Below are positions 24,701-36,941 of a stretch of 64,000 bases of DNA, one piece after another. The first letter of the stretch is position 1; each line of letters starts with the position of its first letter. The stretch spans positions 5,580,001 through 5,644,000 of the forward strand of contig NC_088856.1 of assembly GCF_963853765.1 (NCBI RefSeq), written 5' to 3'. The stretch comes from Magallana gigas. Lineage: Eukaryota. Made by a program: the position numbers and the translations under genes. The notes beneath the pieces were generated by a model. The model was not told the origin of the DNA, did no database searches, and was given only the letters and a program-made list of their open reading frames with translations.

Positions 24701-27700
24701 TTACACTCTTCAGTGTCTTTGCCTGTGATAACACTGCGTATCGATTTTAATTATACAGTCCAATAAATTCTAATAATGTACAATTACGGCACAAGCGGGA
24801 TGTGCTGATTTATGTTCAAATATTTACTGGTACACTTGCTGAAAATTATATAAATATAAGTTAAAAGGAATAATTCTTTCATTATTATGAGGTCATGATT
24901 TCGGTCGGGGCGTGTCCAAATCTATCACAAAGCCTCCGAAATTATCACTTAATGATACTCTAAGAATGATTCCTCTTTCAATTATTAAAAATAACAAGTT
25001 TAATAATCTTCTGCTTCAATATCACTAATGTAAAATCAAACAAATTCGGTGATAAAAGGAAACTATTTACTATGAGACTGTGTGTCACTGACGACAGCAT
25101 TTACGCAAAATAGCTTAGTTAAAAAATAAAAATTGAATTCAGTAACAGCAGGTTTAATTGTATTTATAAAAAAAACACCCCAAGATAATTCAAAACATGA
25201 GTATAATGAATTTGACTAGGTAAAATGCTAAAACGGCGGTTAGGTGTCTTCGTTTCTTGGTATTTTAAACAACGTGCATACATAAAGACACAGAAAACAG
25301 TATGATTAACTCATTCCTTCAACGCAGCGATGTATTGCTTAAATATATTGACAGAGCATTGAGACAAGAAAAATTAAAAAGCTCGATGGTTCACAAAATG
25401 GCGCGAAATCGTTCACGATCCTGTTTATACAATCAATTTATATACGAAATGACTTACGTAGGTTCATAATAAAACCGAATTAGAAATTAAAAACACAAAA
25501 ACTGAGGTCAAGATCATTATTTATATAATTTTTGAATAGTTCAACTTCCCTCCCCCGCGTCAAAACATATTTAAGCGCAACAGATATTTCAAGAGAAGGT
25601 GTACTTTTCCGTTTTCACAATCTTTCATTGTAAAGACCTTCCACTTGTAATCATCTGTGTCAATTTTTATCACCCGTCCCTTTCTCCAGTAACAAGAAAG
25701 AAAGACATTTATTCCAGCAGGAAGGACATAATTTGGTTTAAAATCTACAAAGTCGACCTCGTTCTGGTCGAATTTTTCCAAAGTCGCTAACGGAGCCGGT
25801 TTCATGGAAAATCGTTCCAGGGAGTTGTGTTTATTGTTAAACGAAAAAAAGTTTCGAGGTAATTTTTTTCTTCTTTACAGATCACTTTTATATTATTTTC
25901 CCCTACTAATCGTTGGGTATTTGTTTTATCACAAACGTCAACTTATTGGAAAAATACCATCGAACTTCAACGTCAACTGTGTCTTTTAATAAAGACATGA
26001 AAACAATCCACGCATACATTTCAAATATGTTTCGACAAAACTCATTAATATATACCTTTATGTTTGACTTTCCAAATCTAACATAAATTCAATTGAAAAT
26101 TACAGCCAATGACACTTTTTGTCAACTGAGGAGTATTTAATACATATATTTTTTAAGGTTTCATCATTGATTTAAAAATTAACATGATAAAAGATTTTTA
26201 AAAAATATATGGTGTGTGCTTTAAAGATTAACAGTTTTTTTTAAATCTAATTTGAAAATGCCCGATGCTATTTTTCTGACACCTTTTTCCTTACTGAAAT
26301 TTACTTAACATTTCCTGTAAATTTAATTTCGAAATGTAATTTTATATGCTTTAAACAGTCTTTTTGAAGTTGATTTAAAACGCAACGATTTTAAAATGGT
26401 TTAACATTTTAAATTGATATTATCTTACTGCTTCAGATTGGTTATCAAAAATAAAATAAATTATCCCTTAACCTTTACCTAAAATTATAGTGTGAATTTA
26501 TAAAACAAACATACAGACGTTCCTCATGTCATACGAAGTAGCGCAGCAGCGCAATGCTCTGAAAGCGCAATATTATTTTAGATGATAATTTCCATACAAA
26601 ACAATGTTCACCCTATGTTCAGTTAGAGTGAAAACATATTAACATAAACACCAGGCAAACAGCTCAAACAGTTCAATAATTTGAAATAGGGTAACTTCTT
26701 AAAATAAATCGTGTAACTATTATACATTATCAAATGTAATATGTAATTCATACACTTCTAAAAACATTTTATATCTATTACATTTTATACTCCTGTAAGG
26801 CAGTTTAAATCTTATTTATGGTAAATAATACTGTTTTAAAATAAAAAACCATGAAATCCCTAAAATATTCTTTCTTGAAATAAGATCATCTATAAGCATA
26901 TCTTTTTTCGGTTTTGTAGGTTTCGGTTGTTTATATAAGATCAAGTCTATCATAGATATTAAGTCTATCATTGTTTAATATTCCTTAGAAAATTACTGAA
27001 TTTTTCAGTACACTTTTACTTTAAACAAACAATGCAAATTTTCTGTTTATTTGCCTTTAAAACACGCTTTACAAAATCGTATTTCTTCAAGCAATTAAAA
27101 TATTTAATAAAAACGCATAGTGTATATATATTGCTAAAGTTTATAGAACTTTTGTATATCAAAGTTAAATGCTCACTGTTTCATTAATTGAACATTGTAA
27201 ATTAAAGCCATGTGTCACAAATATCAAAAAACTTAAAAATAACATAATCTTATATGAAAATAATATCTAACTTGATATCAAAACCGTGATATCTATCAAT
27301 CTTTAATGAAATTTTCCATTTATTTTAAATACTTTTCATAAACTGATTTTACAATATTATGATTTAAAAGATGTGTATTTTTTAGGTTTATCATCAAGAC
27401 CTACAGTGCAATAATTGGTCATTTGATTTTAGTGTCATTTCCTAAATGAAATTATTCGCAAAATTACTAAGCATGCTTATCTTTAAAAAAGAGCCTATTC
27501 ACTTTCTTTAAACACTTTGTTGTATAGATTCAAATTCTTCTGACATTTTTTCCTAAACCCAACACTTCTCCTACACTTTTTATTTTTTTTTAAGTTTTAA
27601 CTTATTTCCATTATTGTATTTTAATATATCTGTATGTTATGAATAATCGCAAGTTAAACAATTTAGAGAAAGTGAATTAATTGTACAGTATGGATCAAAT

Positions 27701-27933
27701 CGCAATACTTTAGTGTTATTAAATGCAATTTAAATATGAAAAATCTTTTTCTCTCAAAAATATCGATTCATTTTTAGCTTTAACAATAAATTTCCATTGG
27801 TACACAAATTATATATTTATACCATTGGCGATTACCTAAACAACAGATTTTAATTCCTACCTGTTTTTCCAAAAGAAGACAGGATGATGCGTACACACAA
27901 AACGATTACTATATTTTGTGTATAGCGTAGCAT
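18724..27933 (-). CDS. Secreted PAN/Apple + GON domain protein, paralog 1 (318 aa, 6 coding exons)
   Basis: join complement(27861-27933, 23890-24135, 21004-21275, 20711-20881, 18850-19003, 18724-18764) = 957 nt. All introns GT-AG with compatible phases (1,1,0,0,1) and no internal stop. Signal-like MLRYTQNIVIVLCVRIILSSFGKT; PAN core CAAKCTQEPDCVSLLYNMANGSCDL; GON-like PESC..DGEYWVYP..KIYCH..YGYAHDC..IDTRGTGL..CGGWCSLC. Confidence 0.85.
18850..19003 (-). CDS. Paralog 1 exon 5 (GON domain, C-terminal part)
   Basis: Acceptor CTTTAAG, donor A|GTGAGT; IEFGVIDGY..SFTCGGWCSLCGP. Confidence 0.85.
19975..20035 (-). other. tRNA-derived (SINE-head-like) fragment
   Basis: B-box GGTTCGAACC within the hairpin CTAGGTTCGAACCTAG. 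No acceptor stem. Confidence 0.35.
20213..20535. repeat. ~42-bp minisatellite, ~8 units, in intron 4 of paralog 1
   Basis: Repeated CAATGTCAACAGCT(A/T)TTGGACAATGATT units; not seen next to the equivalent exon of paralog 2. Confidence 0.8.
20711..20881 (-). CDS. Paralog 1 exon 4 (GON domain, middle)
   Basis: Acceptor TTTACAG, donor ACA|GTATGA; SMVVNGTD..YGYAHDCNG..IDTRGTGLIVDPT. Confidence 0.88.
21004..21275 (-). CDS. Paralog 1 exon 3 (GON domain, N-terminal part)
   Basis: Acceptor CTTGCAG, donor AAG|GTAAAA; PESCLAVSNCSGITTDGEYWVYPIVTNRRRTKIYCHNLATEPSHFITL. Confidence 0.88.
21312..21643. mobile_element. Kolobok-like non-autonomous DNA transposon with tRNA-like core
   Basis: TTAA on both sides (21308-21311, 21644-21647). 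TIR GGTAGAATAACAC / GTGTTATTCAACC. 5'-GG terminus fits Kolobok rather than piggyBac. Internal minus-strand tRNA-like segment at ~21476-21548. Confidence 0.7.
21759..22897 (+). mobile_element. Degenerate Helentron-type HINE (second family)
   Basis: 5' TTATTAAGGTATTTCG..GGAAGACCTT inverted repeat, TTA microsatellite and 3' subterminal ACGGAAGACC. Interrupted at ~22082-22290 by a TACTGTGG-type MITE remnant. Confidence 0.5.
23890..24135 (-). CDS. Paralog 1 exon 2 (PAN/Apple domain)
   Basis: Acceptor TTTCCAG, donor G|GTAAG; C-x3-C-x5-C-x11-C; overlaps ORF 23879-24082. Confidence 0.88.
24860..25030. mobile_element. Degenerate palindromic foldback repeat
   Basis: AAGGAATAATTCTT..GAGGTCATGATTTCGG is mirrored by CCGAAATTATCAC..AAGAATGATTCCT. 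Confidence 0.45.
27861..27933 (-). CDS. Paralog 1 exon 1 (signal peptide)
   Basis: ATG at 27933; MLRYTQNIVIVLCVRIILSSFGKT; phase-1 donor ACAG|GTAGG. Confidence 0.7.
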
Positions 27934-30900
27934 TGTTCAGCACTTATTTTCAAATTAATAGTAAAGAACAAGTATCAGAAATGATGAAATTGTTATACTC
28001 GCACTTATACTGTTGCTGTTCATTTCCGAGAAATCGCGGTTGTCTTTAATCAATTTTTAAATTAAAGCAAAGTAACGTTATTGATTAATTGTATGAGTAA
28101 TTGATTACCTGCAATTGCAGATTACTTTGTGGACGACATTTAAAAAAAACATTCAAGAATCTACCAGTTTTTTTTTATTTTATGATGCAATGTTAAACAA
28201 AATTTGAAAACACAAAAACCATATGTAACCGACATCTTTAAAAATTATATGTGATTGTGCTTTTGGAAAAAGAATGCTTATGGCTTTTTCAACGGGAAAA
28301 TTATGGTGTCGTATTATATATGTACACACCATATCAAAAGGACATATTAAAAGTGACCTGTAAAATTGAACCTTAATAATGTAAAGTAAGCGTAAATAGT
28401 GGCCATTATCTTTATAACCCCTTTCCAATAGCAAAAGAGAATCTAAGGGGGTTCAAAATTTTGCAGCCAATGTATTTTGAACCCCACTATCTAATAGTAA
28501 AAGAATATTGGGGTTACCAATGTTTTGCATCAATAATAGTATTAACCCAATTTTTTTTTATTTTATAGGGTGTTCGCAGTAGCACAATATTGAGCATATA
28601 CTGCTTCAGCACTAGGATCTGTAAAGTTAATATTTACTATGTTAAAAAGAGTGATTCAAGTGAAGATGACATAATGCTTCAATGTAAGCTCAAATTACCT
28701 GTATATATTTTATGAAATATTAATTTAAAATGTACCAGTCCGTGTTAATTGATCACACAAAATTATAAACGAAGAAAGAATGGAGTTGTAATGAGAGAGT
28801 ACCTGAAGTATATTAAAAATGACAATTCCAAGAGTTTTAAAAAAATTGTAAAATTTATCAAAATTGATCAAAGGAAACGCAATCAAAAAAAATTCTGAGG
28901 TTTATGGAAACAACGACAATAGTAAACAAAGAGATCGATTTAAAAAATCACTAAACAAAGTTAAAATACACCAATAAATGCATATAGAAAACGTACTTAA
29001 ACAACCTTATTTTCGTACATGAGCAAGAAATCGATTTGAAAAGTAACTTAAAAAGAAAACAAACTGAATACTTTGGAAATTTAATGTCCGCAGACTTTCT
29101 GATGTTTTACATTCATAAATGATTCTTTCAATTCTCAGCTATTTAATATTACCTAAACACTTCATCTCTGACAACACAGGAACATGGGTTTTTAGTCAAA
29201 TTGAAGTTAGGCCCTGCATATTAATTATTTATCATGCCCTAGAGATCTTTCGGCAAAAATAGGAATAATTGGAAATACGGCCTTTGATTTAAATGATGGG
29301 TTTATTTGAAGAGGTAAAACAACTTTCATTTAAAAGTTTGAAAGAGCTGATTTTGATTTCTTAAAATTGTATAAAATTACTAAATTGGTTTCACTCTTAA
29401 TTAGATTGTTTAGAACCTATTGTCATTGTAAAGCAAATAGGTGACAAGGCAATCGGAAGAGGCCTCAATAACTTGTGCAGCCACATTCCTGCATAAAATA
29501 ATACAAAAATAAACTAGAGACGAGCTCGTTGTAAGCAACGATTATGTATTCTGTTGTAGCTGTCATACATGTGACATAATACAAAAAAATGATTCCTGAC
29601 CATGGTACAATATTAAATGTATAAACACAAACAAAGTACTATACTACATGTATATATAAGCCAATACATATCTTAAAAAGTTGTCCATAGTTTGATTCGC
29701 CGCATGTTGTTTTTTCATCTGCATTTTATTTTGAGAAACTTATTTAATCAACATAATTGACTTAATATAGAAAGAAGATGGACGACGATTATTTTCACGC
29801 AATGGGTATGCCCGGTATGAAGCTAAAAAGACCAAACATTTTAAACGATTTTTTTATCGAACGCAAGCGCCAATGTATCTTTTAGTATACATGCGGAGAT
29901 CCTTGAAATTTTAAAGGGGGGTTTGAAGAATAATTCTGTTTTTCGAGGAGGGGGAACGTGCACGGATCAGAAAATTGTCAGGGTGGGGTTTGAGGGTCTG
30001 ACGGTTGAGTTTGCCAGGGGATGTCCGAGGCATAATTTTCGTAGTTTTTTAATGTACATGTAATTCAAGGACACTTTGCAGGGGTGGGGCTGGTTGGAGT
30101 CTGTAACCCTCTCCCTTCCTTTCTAGATCCTTGCAATTGATGGGAAGACCGGTGCCGGTAATTTTACGGTAATTTTTAACCATTTTTATTTAATTAATCA
30201 TTTTCAAAACTATCGGAATGCCAATATCACATTTAAACGCGGTTAAAACTTAACATACGAACCATTTAGTCTAAGTGAGTATTCCGCCAACATGCATCAG
30301 CATACGAAAGAAATTGCAATATTCAAAAAATTCGGATGGACGATCTGGGTCCTAGGTCGTCCATCCGATTCTGTTTCAGACTAAGAGCTACAGACCTGCA
30401 GTTAGAGATTCTCAAACTCTTATTGATTATGTCAATTCATTTTGTCTCAAAGAATCAGGTTTTTTTTTAATCAAATAAGTTTTACCTTAAATAAAAGAAA
30501 GAAATCGGGCACAAATTTTAATGCTAGCATTTTTCAATTTAAATGTTCAATAAAATTTGGACGAAGTTTCAAGATACTACTCTTCGTTGCTTTATCCGAA
30601 ATATTGCATGGAAAAAACACTTTTTTTAAATTACATAAGGATATACAAAATGAATTTAGATTAACCGGTAACAAACAAACATAAAGAGAGACTGAGAACT
30701 TTTTTTTTCTTTCTTTTTTACATCAAAAGATTGTTTTTCTTTATATGCGTTAATGAAAACATTGACCAGCAAGGTGTTCTTTGTCGTGCAAACACCTAGT
30801 TGATAAATTGTTACACGGGTCTACAACGATGAAATATATCGAAAAGGTAATATTGTGCGTGAACGATGAATGTGTAGTTTGTTTAAGGTTTATTTTTGAT

Positions 30901-31224
30901 AATTATATTTATCTGGATCAATTTTGTTTGTTGGTTTGTTTTGTTTATTGAAACGGGGAATAAAGAAAATGAGTAATTTCCGATATGAAGTAAAGCATAT
31001 ATTTTCATATCATTATTGACTTAATGCATGGTCACCCATGCAAATGTGTTCGGAATGTTTTCTCTATCGTTGCTAAGTATGTTATAAATCCAGAGGTGCT
31101 CGAATGAAAGTTCACGAGACTTCACCGTTACATTGTTAATTAATAATTGATGTTTAATTGTTATCAACAAACAAAATCATAAATTTATAATAATATGCAG
31201 TCTGGAAAGTTAAACAAAAAGAAC

Positions 31225-31422
31225 TAAAATGCCAGGGAGTTTTGTTTTCTCTATCTGCTGGACGATTTCATTCGTCTCAAATCAATAGGGTGTAATACAC
31301 ATGCTCATACGTCAACCGATTAAAAACTGTATTTTGGATTTATAAAGCGTTCTAAAACATATGATCTGATATATCGTTATTAACAATTCCAAACTTTGAA
31401 CGACTGAATTAATTTTTATACC
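31225..31422 (+). repeat. 198-bp direct repeat, left copy (probable LINE target-site duplication)
   Basis: TAAAATGCCAGGGAGTTTTG...GACTGAATTAATTTTTATACC; matches 36744-36941 with scattered differences. Confidence 0.88.
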
Positions 31423-31644
31423 GACAGACAGACAGACAGTCATTCTTTATTTCCTCTATAAGTTAGAGATTAAATCCATCAAACAAGTGTTTGGTGCAAT
31501 GTGTTTACAATAAATAGTTCTGAAATTTCAAACATAAAATTATCATGAACACATATATACAATTACTTATATACAGAACACAGTCAGGGTTCAAATATCA
31601 TGGAGTGTTCATCTTGAATCGCATATATTTTAAACAAAATAACG

Positions 31645-34600
31645 TTACAAGAGTGTTCGCATGTCCTTTATCATCACTGTGATGCCTTCCGAAACTGAAA
31701 GCATATAGCTTTCCCACTCCTCCTCTGGAATGACGTCGTCGTCCTTCGATCCAAGAATAGTACCAACTATTACGCTGTCCGAGTTGTATGTCAACTTGAC
31801 ATATGTATTTACAGTCAACGAATTTACTATAAGATGCATAAGATACTCGCGACTTTCATATACGTCAGGACAGTCTAGAATAAAATGCTGTACTATATCG
31901 TTTACTTTTCTTTTACAGAGCTTACACGACACTTCCTCTGTTTCATATGTAAAAGAAAAGTTGATTAATTCAAATAATTTCCAGGTGTATTCCGGATGCT
32001 GAAGGCTCAATGACCAGAGTGGATGAGGTTCAATATATTTATGCACTTCGGCAAAGCGGCTAACTTCTGGTCGACTTTTCAAAGATTCTCTCCATTCGTC
32101 CTGAGAAGAATTACGAATGAGAGTGTCGATGTATTGGTTCCAACTTGACTTTGAAGGTGTTTCACTGTTACGGAGATACTCATTAAAGAAGTAATCAATT
32201 TTATAGTTTTTCATGGTTCTATAGATACAATTAACGAACCCACGTTTCTTTTGGGGCGTGCCTACCGAGTATGTACACAATCTTGCAATGAACAATTTTT
32301 TTAAAAAACAACGAGTAGTTAGATCTGCAGAGCCGATTGTAGAAGAGTAGATGAAGTTTTTAATTCATCTTTTCCATTTTAATAAGACCTAGTGAGTAAA
32401 TAGTGCACGCAGAGGGAGATTGCTGATCAAAACCTTGAATCCTGCGTGCAGCAAATCTTTGTACGATTTCAAGGTTTTCCAAAGATTTTTTAGATATATC
32501 TGTCCATAATTCACAGCCATAAAGCACTGCTGGTACAACAACAGTTTTCCACATTTTGCAGCTCATGATTGGGTTCATGCCATGCTTGTGCACTCCTATG
32601 TTTATAAGAGAGTTCATTATTTTTCGCCCCTTACAGCATGAACGCGAAATGGCACTTGCACATGAAAGTTTGTTAGTAATTGTCACCCCGGCGTAGATGT
32701 TTTCGTCTGTGATATCGATAGGCGAGTTTTTGTTCCCTAAGAGGAATATGTTTTCAGTGGCAGATTTTCTACGGTTAGGTTTGGACGTAAAGTATATAAT
32801 GCAGCTTTTCAAAGGGTTATATTTCAACCGCCATTTTGACGCATAATCAACTACGACATTTAGTTGCTTTTGATTGTAGTTTGAGTATTTGATATAAGTG
32901 ATGTCATCGGCGAGAATAATACAAGGAACATGTAGATCGCAAATATGTGGACCAATGTTGAGACGATCTAGCTCAAGAATGAGGCCATCTATCATTAAGA
33001 GAAAGAACCAAGAGGATAGAACTCTGCCTTGTCCAACTCCTTGTCTCATGGTATAATTGCTTGACATTTTCCCCTCGTAAAAAATACAGGAAGTCATATT
33101 CTGAAATGAGTCAACAAGCAAGCGCCATCCTTTTCCATTTATCCCAATATGAAACAGTTTGTAGAATAAGCCGGCGTGCCACACACTGTTAAAAGCTTTT
33201 TCGTTATCTAGAAAAGCTACATAGACATCCGAGTATCTTTCTAGATAATGATTAACAGTTTCAGATAAGACAAACGCTGCCGTTATACTGCCACACCCTG
33301 GTCTAAACCCTTGCTGTAGAGGGTGCGGAAATGCTATTTCACTGCTGTAGTTCTGCAATCTAGTGTACAATATATTTTCAAAGAGTTTCTGAAGGATGGA
33401 CATAAGCGTTATGTCGCGATAGCTGTTCATATCTAGTTTGTCTTTATTGCCTCCTTTGAAGAGTGTTATGGTAACTCCTCTTTTGAATTGTTGTGGATAA
33501 CATTCTGCATCCATAATTGCATTAAACAATTTTACTAGATGGATAAGTAAGATATCTTGAGTGATATTGATGTGTTCTGCTACAATTCCATCGAAGCCTG
33601 GAGCTTTTCCATTCTTCATTTTTTGTAGAGCAGCTACAACTTCATTTTCGTTAACGTGTGTTTTACTGATTTCATCACAGTTTCCCATTGAGAGCAAGTG
33701 CATTTTGGAGACTTCATGACAAATTGCGTTCTCAAATTCTACATCAAATGAGGGGTCTTGCTTTATTTGGGCTAGCCCTTTGTAATGTTCGTACCAGGCG
33801 TGCCGGATGATATCAGGATCACGAACAATTTTACCATCGACACGAAGTTCATTTGATGTCCACGATTTTTTATTGCGTCTTTTTAAAGATCAGAGCGATA
33901 AAATAGCCCTTAGTCCAGTTCATCTGTTTCTTTAAGACGAATGAATTATTCTTGTTCGAATTGTCTTTGTGCTCGTTTCAGAGCATTTGTGAACTCACGT
34001 TTGGCCCGCTTATAATCGCTATATGACGCATACTGCATGGCTCTAGGTTTACCATCGAGTATCCAAGTACTTCTTTTCTTCCTAATAACAGCGTGCAATT
34101 CTTTTACATTTCCACTCTTCCAGTAAGGTTTCAGGAACGGTCGAAAACGTTTCCTTGGTAGCGCAAGTTCTGCTGCGTGCACCAAGGAATAAGATAGTTT
34201 ACTAATATACTCTTCGATATCCGCAACAGTAGGGCCATTAAGAACAATGTTATCCGTAAAGTCACGAACCAACTGCCTATAGGTACAAGCATCATCATCA
34301 GACACTTTACGCCAGTTTACACCCATTTCTTTATCGTTCATTTCCGATTTGATGTTAAGAACCTCCTCTAATGAGATATTTAAGAAAATCGGAAGGTGAT
34401 CGGAGCAGTTGAGGTAATGATCTTTAAGTATGCCTGTCTCCTTAACGACATCAAGTTTGTCCTCTGAAATAACCACATGATCTATCAGTGATGTTCTCCG
34501 CTACGACCTACGTAGGAGTAGTCTGGACCAATGGTGTCCATCTGACTTGACGCTGACATTAGCCTGCAATCATCTAAAAACTGCTATAGAACTCTCCCAC

Positions 34601-35112
34601 GTTCGTTCGAATTGACTGGGTTTTATCTCCATATCCATGCGATAAGTGGGCATTGAAATCACCGAGTATCACCACAGGACCGTTTGCACTATATGTGTCG
34701 TGAAGTTTTTCAATATGCTCCAAAGTATGTCTGAATTCATCCACTGTTTGGTTTGTTGACGGTAGAAGTACACCAATTATATGAATATCGACATTTCTGC
34801 ATTTAGCAACGACAAGGATCACGCGATCGGTACGTTAGCGTTCGACTGGAAATACAGATAGTTCCTTTCTCCACATGATTGCGACACCTCCAAATCCTAT
34901 TGAACGGGTTCTGTTTTCTGGCTCAATGGGTATGCGTGTGTCACAAATGCCATATGCTTTAAAATCGGAGTTGATTGAGTCTAGAAAACTGATTTGTTCA
35001 AGTAGAGCCAGTGTTCAACAGCAATAAAAACATCTGTGTCATTTAAACGTTCTGACAGATACGGTGTTCCATACATGATTCCTCTTACGTTCCATGACTT
35101 TATTCGCAACAT
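31645..35112 (-). pseudogene. LINE ORF2 (AP endonuclease + reverse transcriptase + CCHC), frameshifted
   Basis: Starts MLRIKSWNVRG at 35112. Fragments in ORFs 34981-35163, 34574-34822, 33946-34476, 32360-33703 and 31645-32295. Confidence 0.88.
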
Positions 35113-35155
35113 GATTTGAATAAAGAAAAACGTGTATATAATCTGTGATAAAAGT

Positions 35156-36535
35156 TTAGCCATTGTAGGAATGATTATTGTTTTTGCGTGTAGCTTGCGA
35201 TTGCCACGGTCTAACTAAGATGCCGGATGGCCAAAATTCCTGTTCAAGTGCTTTTTCACAGTCCTCGGCTCGTACGTTCACCCGAAGTGTGTATGTAGGA
35301 TTCTTTTGCTTCCAAAGTTTAAGACCTGTTATGTGCGTAAAGAATTCGAACACGTCGCGGCCCCTTGCGTACTGTTTAATTGCACTAATTATTGATTGAA
35401 TATCTCCATCTGCTTTAACTCTTGACATTAGTAAACGTCTTGCTCGGGATCCTGACTTGACACCACGGAAGACGTATTTTATGTCCTCATTGTCTTTAAT
35501 GACTTCGCTCGCGTTTGCACATTCGCTTTCGTTCTGAACGCTGTCATTGTTCATCCGAGATGCATGATCCTGACATGCACTTAAGTGTTGATCATTACGT
35601 ATGCGTCGAATTTTGTCTGCGATATGATTTTCTCCACTTTGATCTTGATTGTTTTTATCTAGAAATGACACGACTCTTTCTGTTTGGTTTTTACTTTTTG
35701 ACTCTTTCACTTCCACATGGAGATTACTAGAGGGAGATTTGACAGCGTCTGCATATGAACAAGACGGAGAAGTGGGTCGGGTGGAATTACCGATAGCGGA
35801 ATCACACAGTGGCTTGTTTTGTTGCTCTTTAAGACAAAGTATTTCTTTATCTTTCTGTTTCACAAATGTACGAAGTGCAATTACCTCCCTATTTAATATT
35901 TCATTTTGAGACATGCACCTTTCGAACATTTCATTCAGTTTATCAAGAATTTCTTCTCGAAACCTAACAACAATATTGGCAAACTCCGGAATGTCGATAA
36001 CGGGTAACTGAGCGAGTTGCACAGGTGAGTGGTTAATGGATCTATTTAAAGGGCTTTTGTAAGTTTGGCTGTGTACCGTTTGATCGGCCGTCGGGCTTGA
36101 CTGCACATCTTCGTTGTGTCCGTAGACTGTTTTGACTGACGTTTGTGAACTGTTTTGGGAATTACTTATATTATATTCACCAAGCGATTTTGTTCTGTCT
36201 CTATAACATTACACTGCTTTTACCTCTGAAGTTTGCACATTACCCTCTATGTAATGAAATAACGTGTATATATCTTCTAAAAGTTTGTCAATTGCTTTGC
36301 ATTGGCCTGAATTGTTTCGTTTAACTAGTTGTCCTTTTGGTGTGTAAGGTCTACGATCTAACGCTACTTCATAGAGACATAGTCTTACATGTGTTATGTT
36401 CTCAGGAGAATCCCTGTATAGAACACCCAAGTTTTGCTTAAACTTGACACGATCAAAACTTCCAAATTTTTGCGCTATTTCTTCATATATAGCAAGAGCA
36501 CACTCACTGTCACTCTGACTTCGGTTGTCCGCCAT
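35156..36535 (-). pseudogene. LINE ORF1 (one in-frame stop at 36209-36211)
   Basis: ORFs 36209-36553 and 35156-36106 are in the same frame. Coiled-coil-like segment, SYADAVK, and C-terminal EFWPSGILVRPW typical of non-LTR ORF1. Confidence 0.72.
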
Positions 36536-36743
36536 GTCTATTTTTTCAAACATTTGTTGAATGAGAAAAATCCAAAAACTCTGAGTAGCTAGTACGAACC
36601 AATTATAATTGTGCTACTTGATCTAAGTATTTGCTTCTTACCCACACGCTGAAGGAGCAAGCGTGGAGTCGTCTCTTTCACCCAAAGTTTGTCAGATATT
36701 CACCGGAGCTCCTTGCCATAGGTGTGGTGGCCGCCATTTTTTT

Positions 36744-36941
36744 TAAAATGCCAGGGAGTTTTGTTTTCTCTTTCTGCTGGACAATTTCATTCGTCTCAAA
36801 TCAATAGGGTGTAATTCAGATGCTCATACGTCACCCGATTAAAAAACTGATTTTGGATTCATAAAGCGTTCTAAAACATTTGATCTGATATATCGTTATT
36901 AACAATTCCAAACTTTGAACGACTGAATTGGTTTTTATACC
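36744..36941 (+). repeat. 198-bp direct repeat, right copy (probable LINE target-site duplication)
   Basis: Directly abuts the LINE 5' end; matches 31225-31422. Confidence 0.88.

Larger units (their letters stand above)
31423..36743 (-). mobile_element. Full-length degenerate two-ORF non-LTR retrotransposon (APE-RT, RTE-X-like)
   Basis: ORF1, then ORF2 with endonuclease (SWNVRG, GDFNAH, SDHLPI), RT (KAPGFDG, QQGFRPG, GVGQG, LADD) and C-terminal CKLC..HFILDC. The 3' end has AATAAA then a (CTGT)4 tail. Clade assignment is inferred. Confidence 0.88.

Noticed and set aside
25560-25805. 81-aa ORF MKPAPLATLEKFDQNEVDF.. in intron 1 of paralog 1
   Set aside because: No recognisable domain. The neighbouring sequence (~25900-26010) also occurs at ~51095-51215, so it is probably part of a dispersed repeat; it does not fit the exon phases of the gene.
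35178-35909. Plus-strand ORFs overlapping LINE ORF1, and similar shadow ORFs over the Ngaro and BEL elements
   Set aside because: Antisense or alternative-frame shadows of transposon coding sequence with no motifs.
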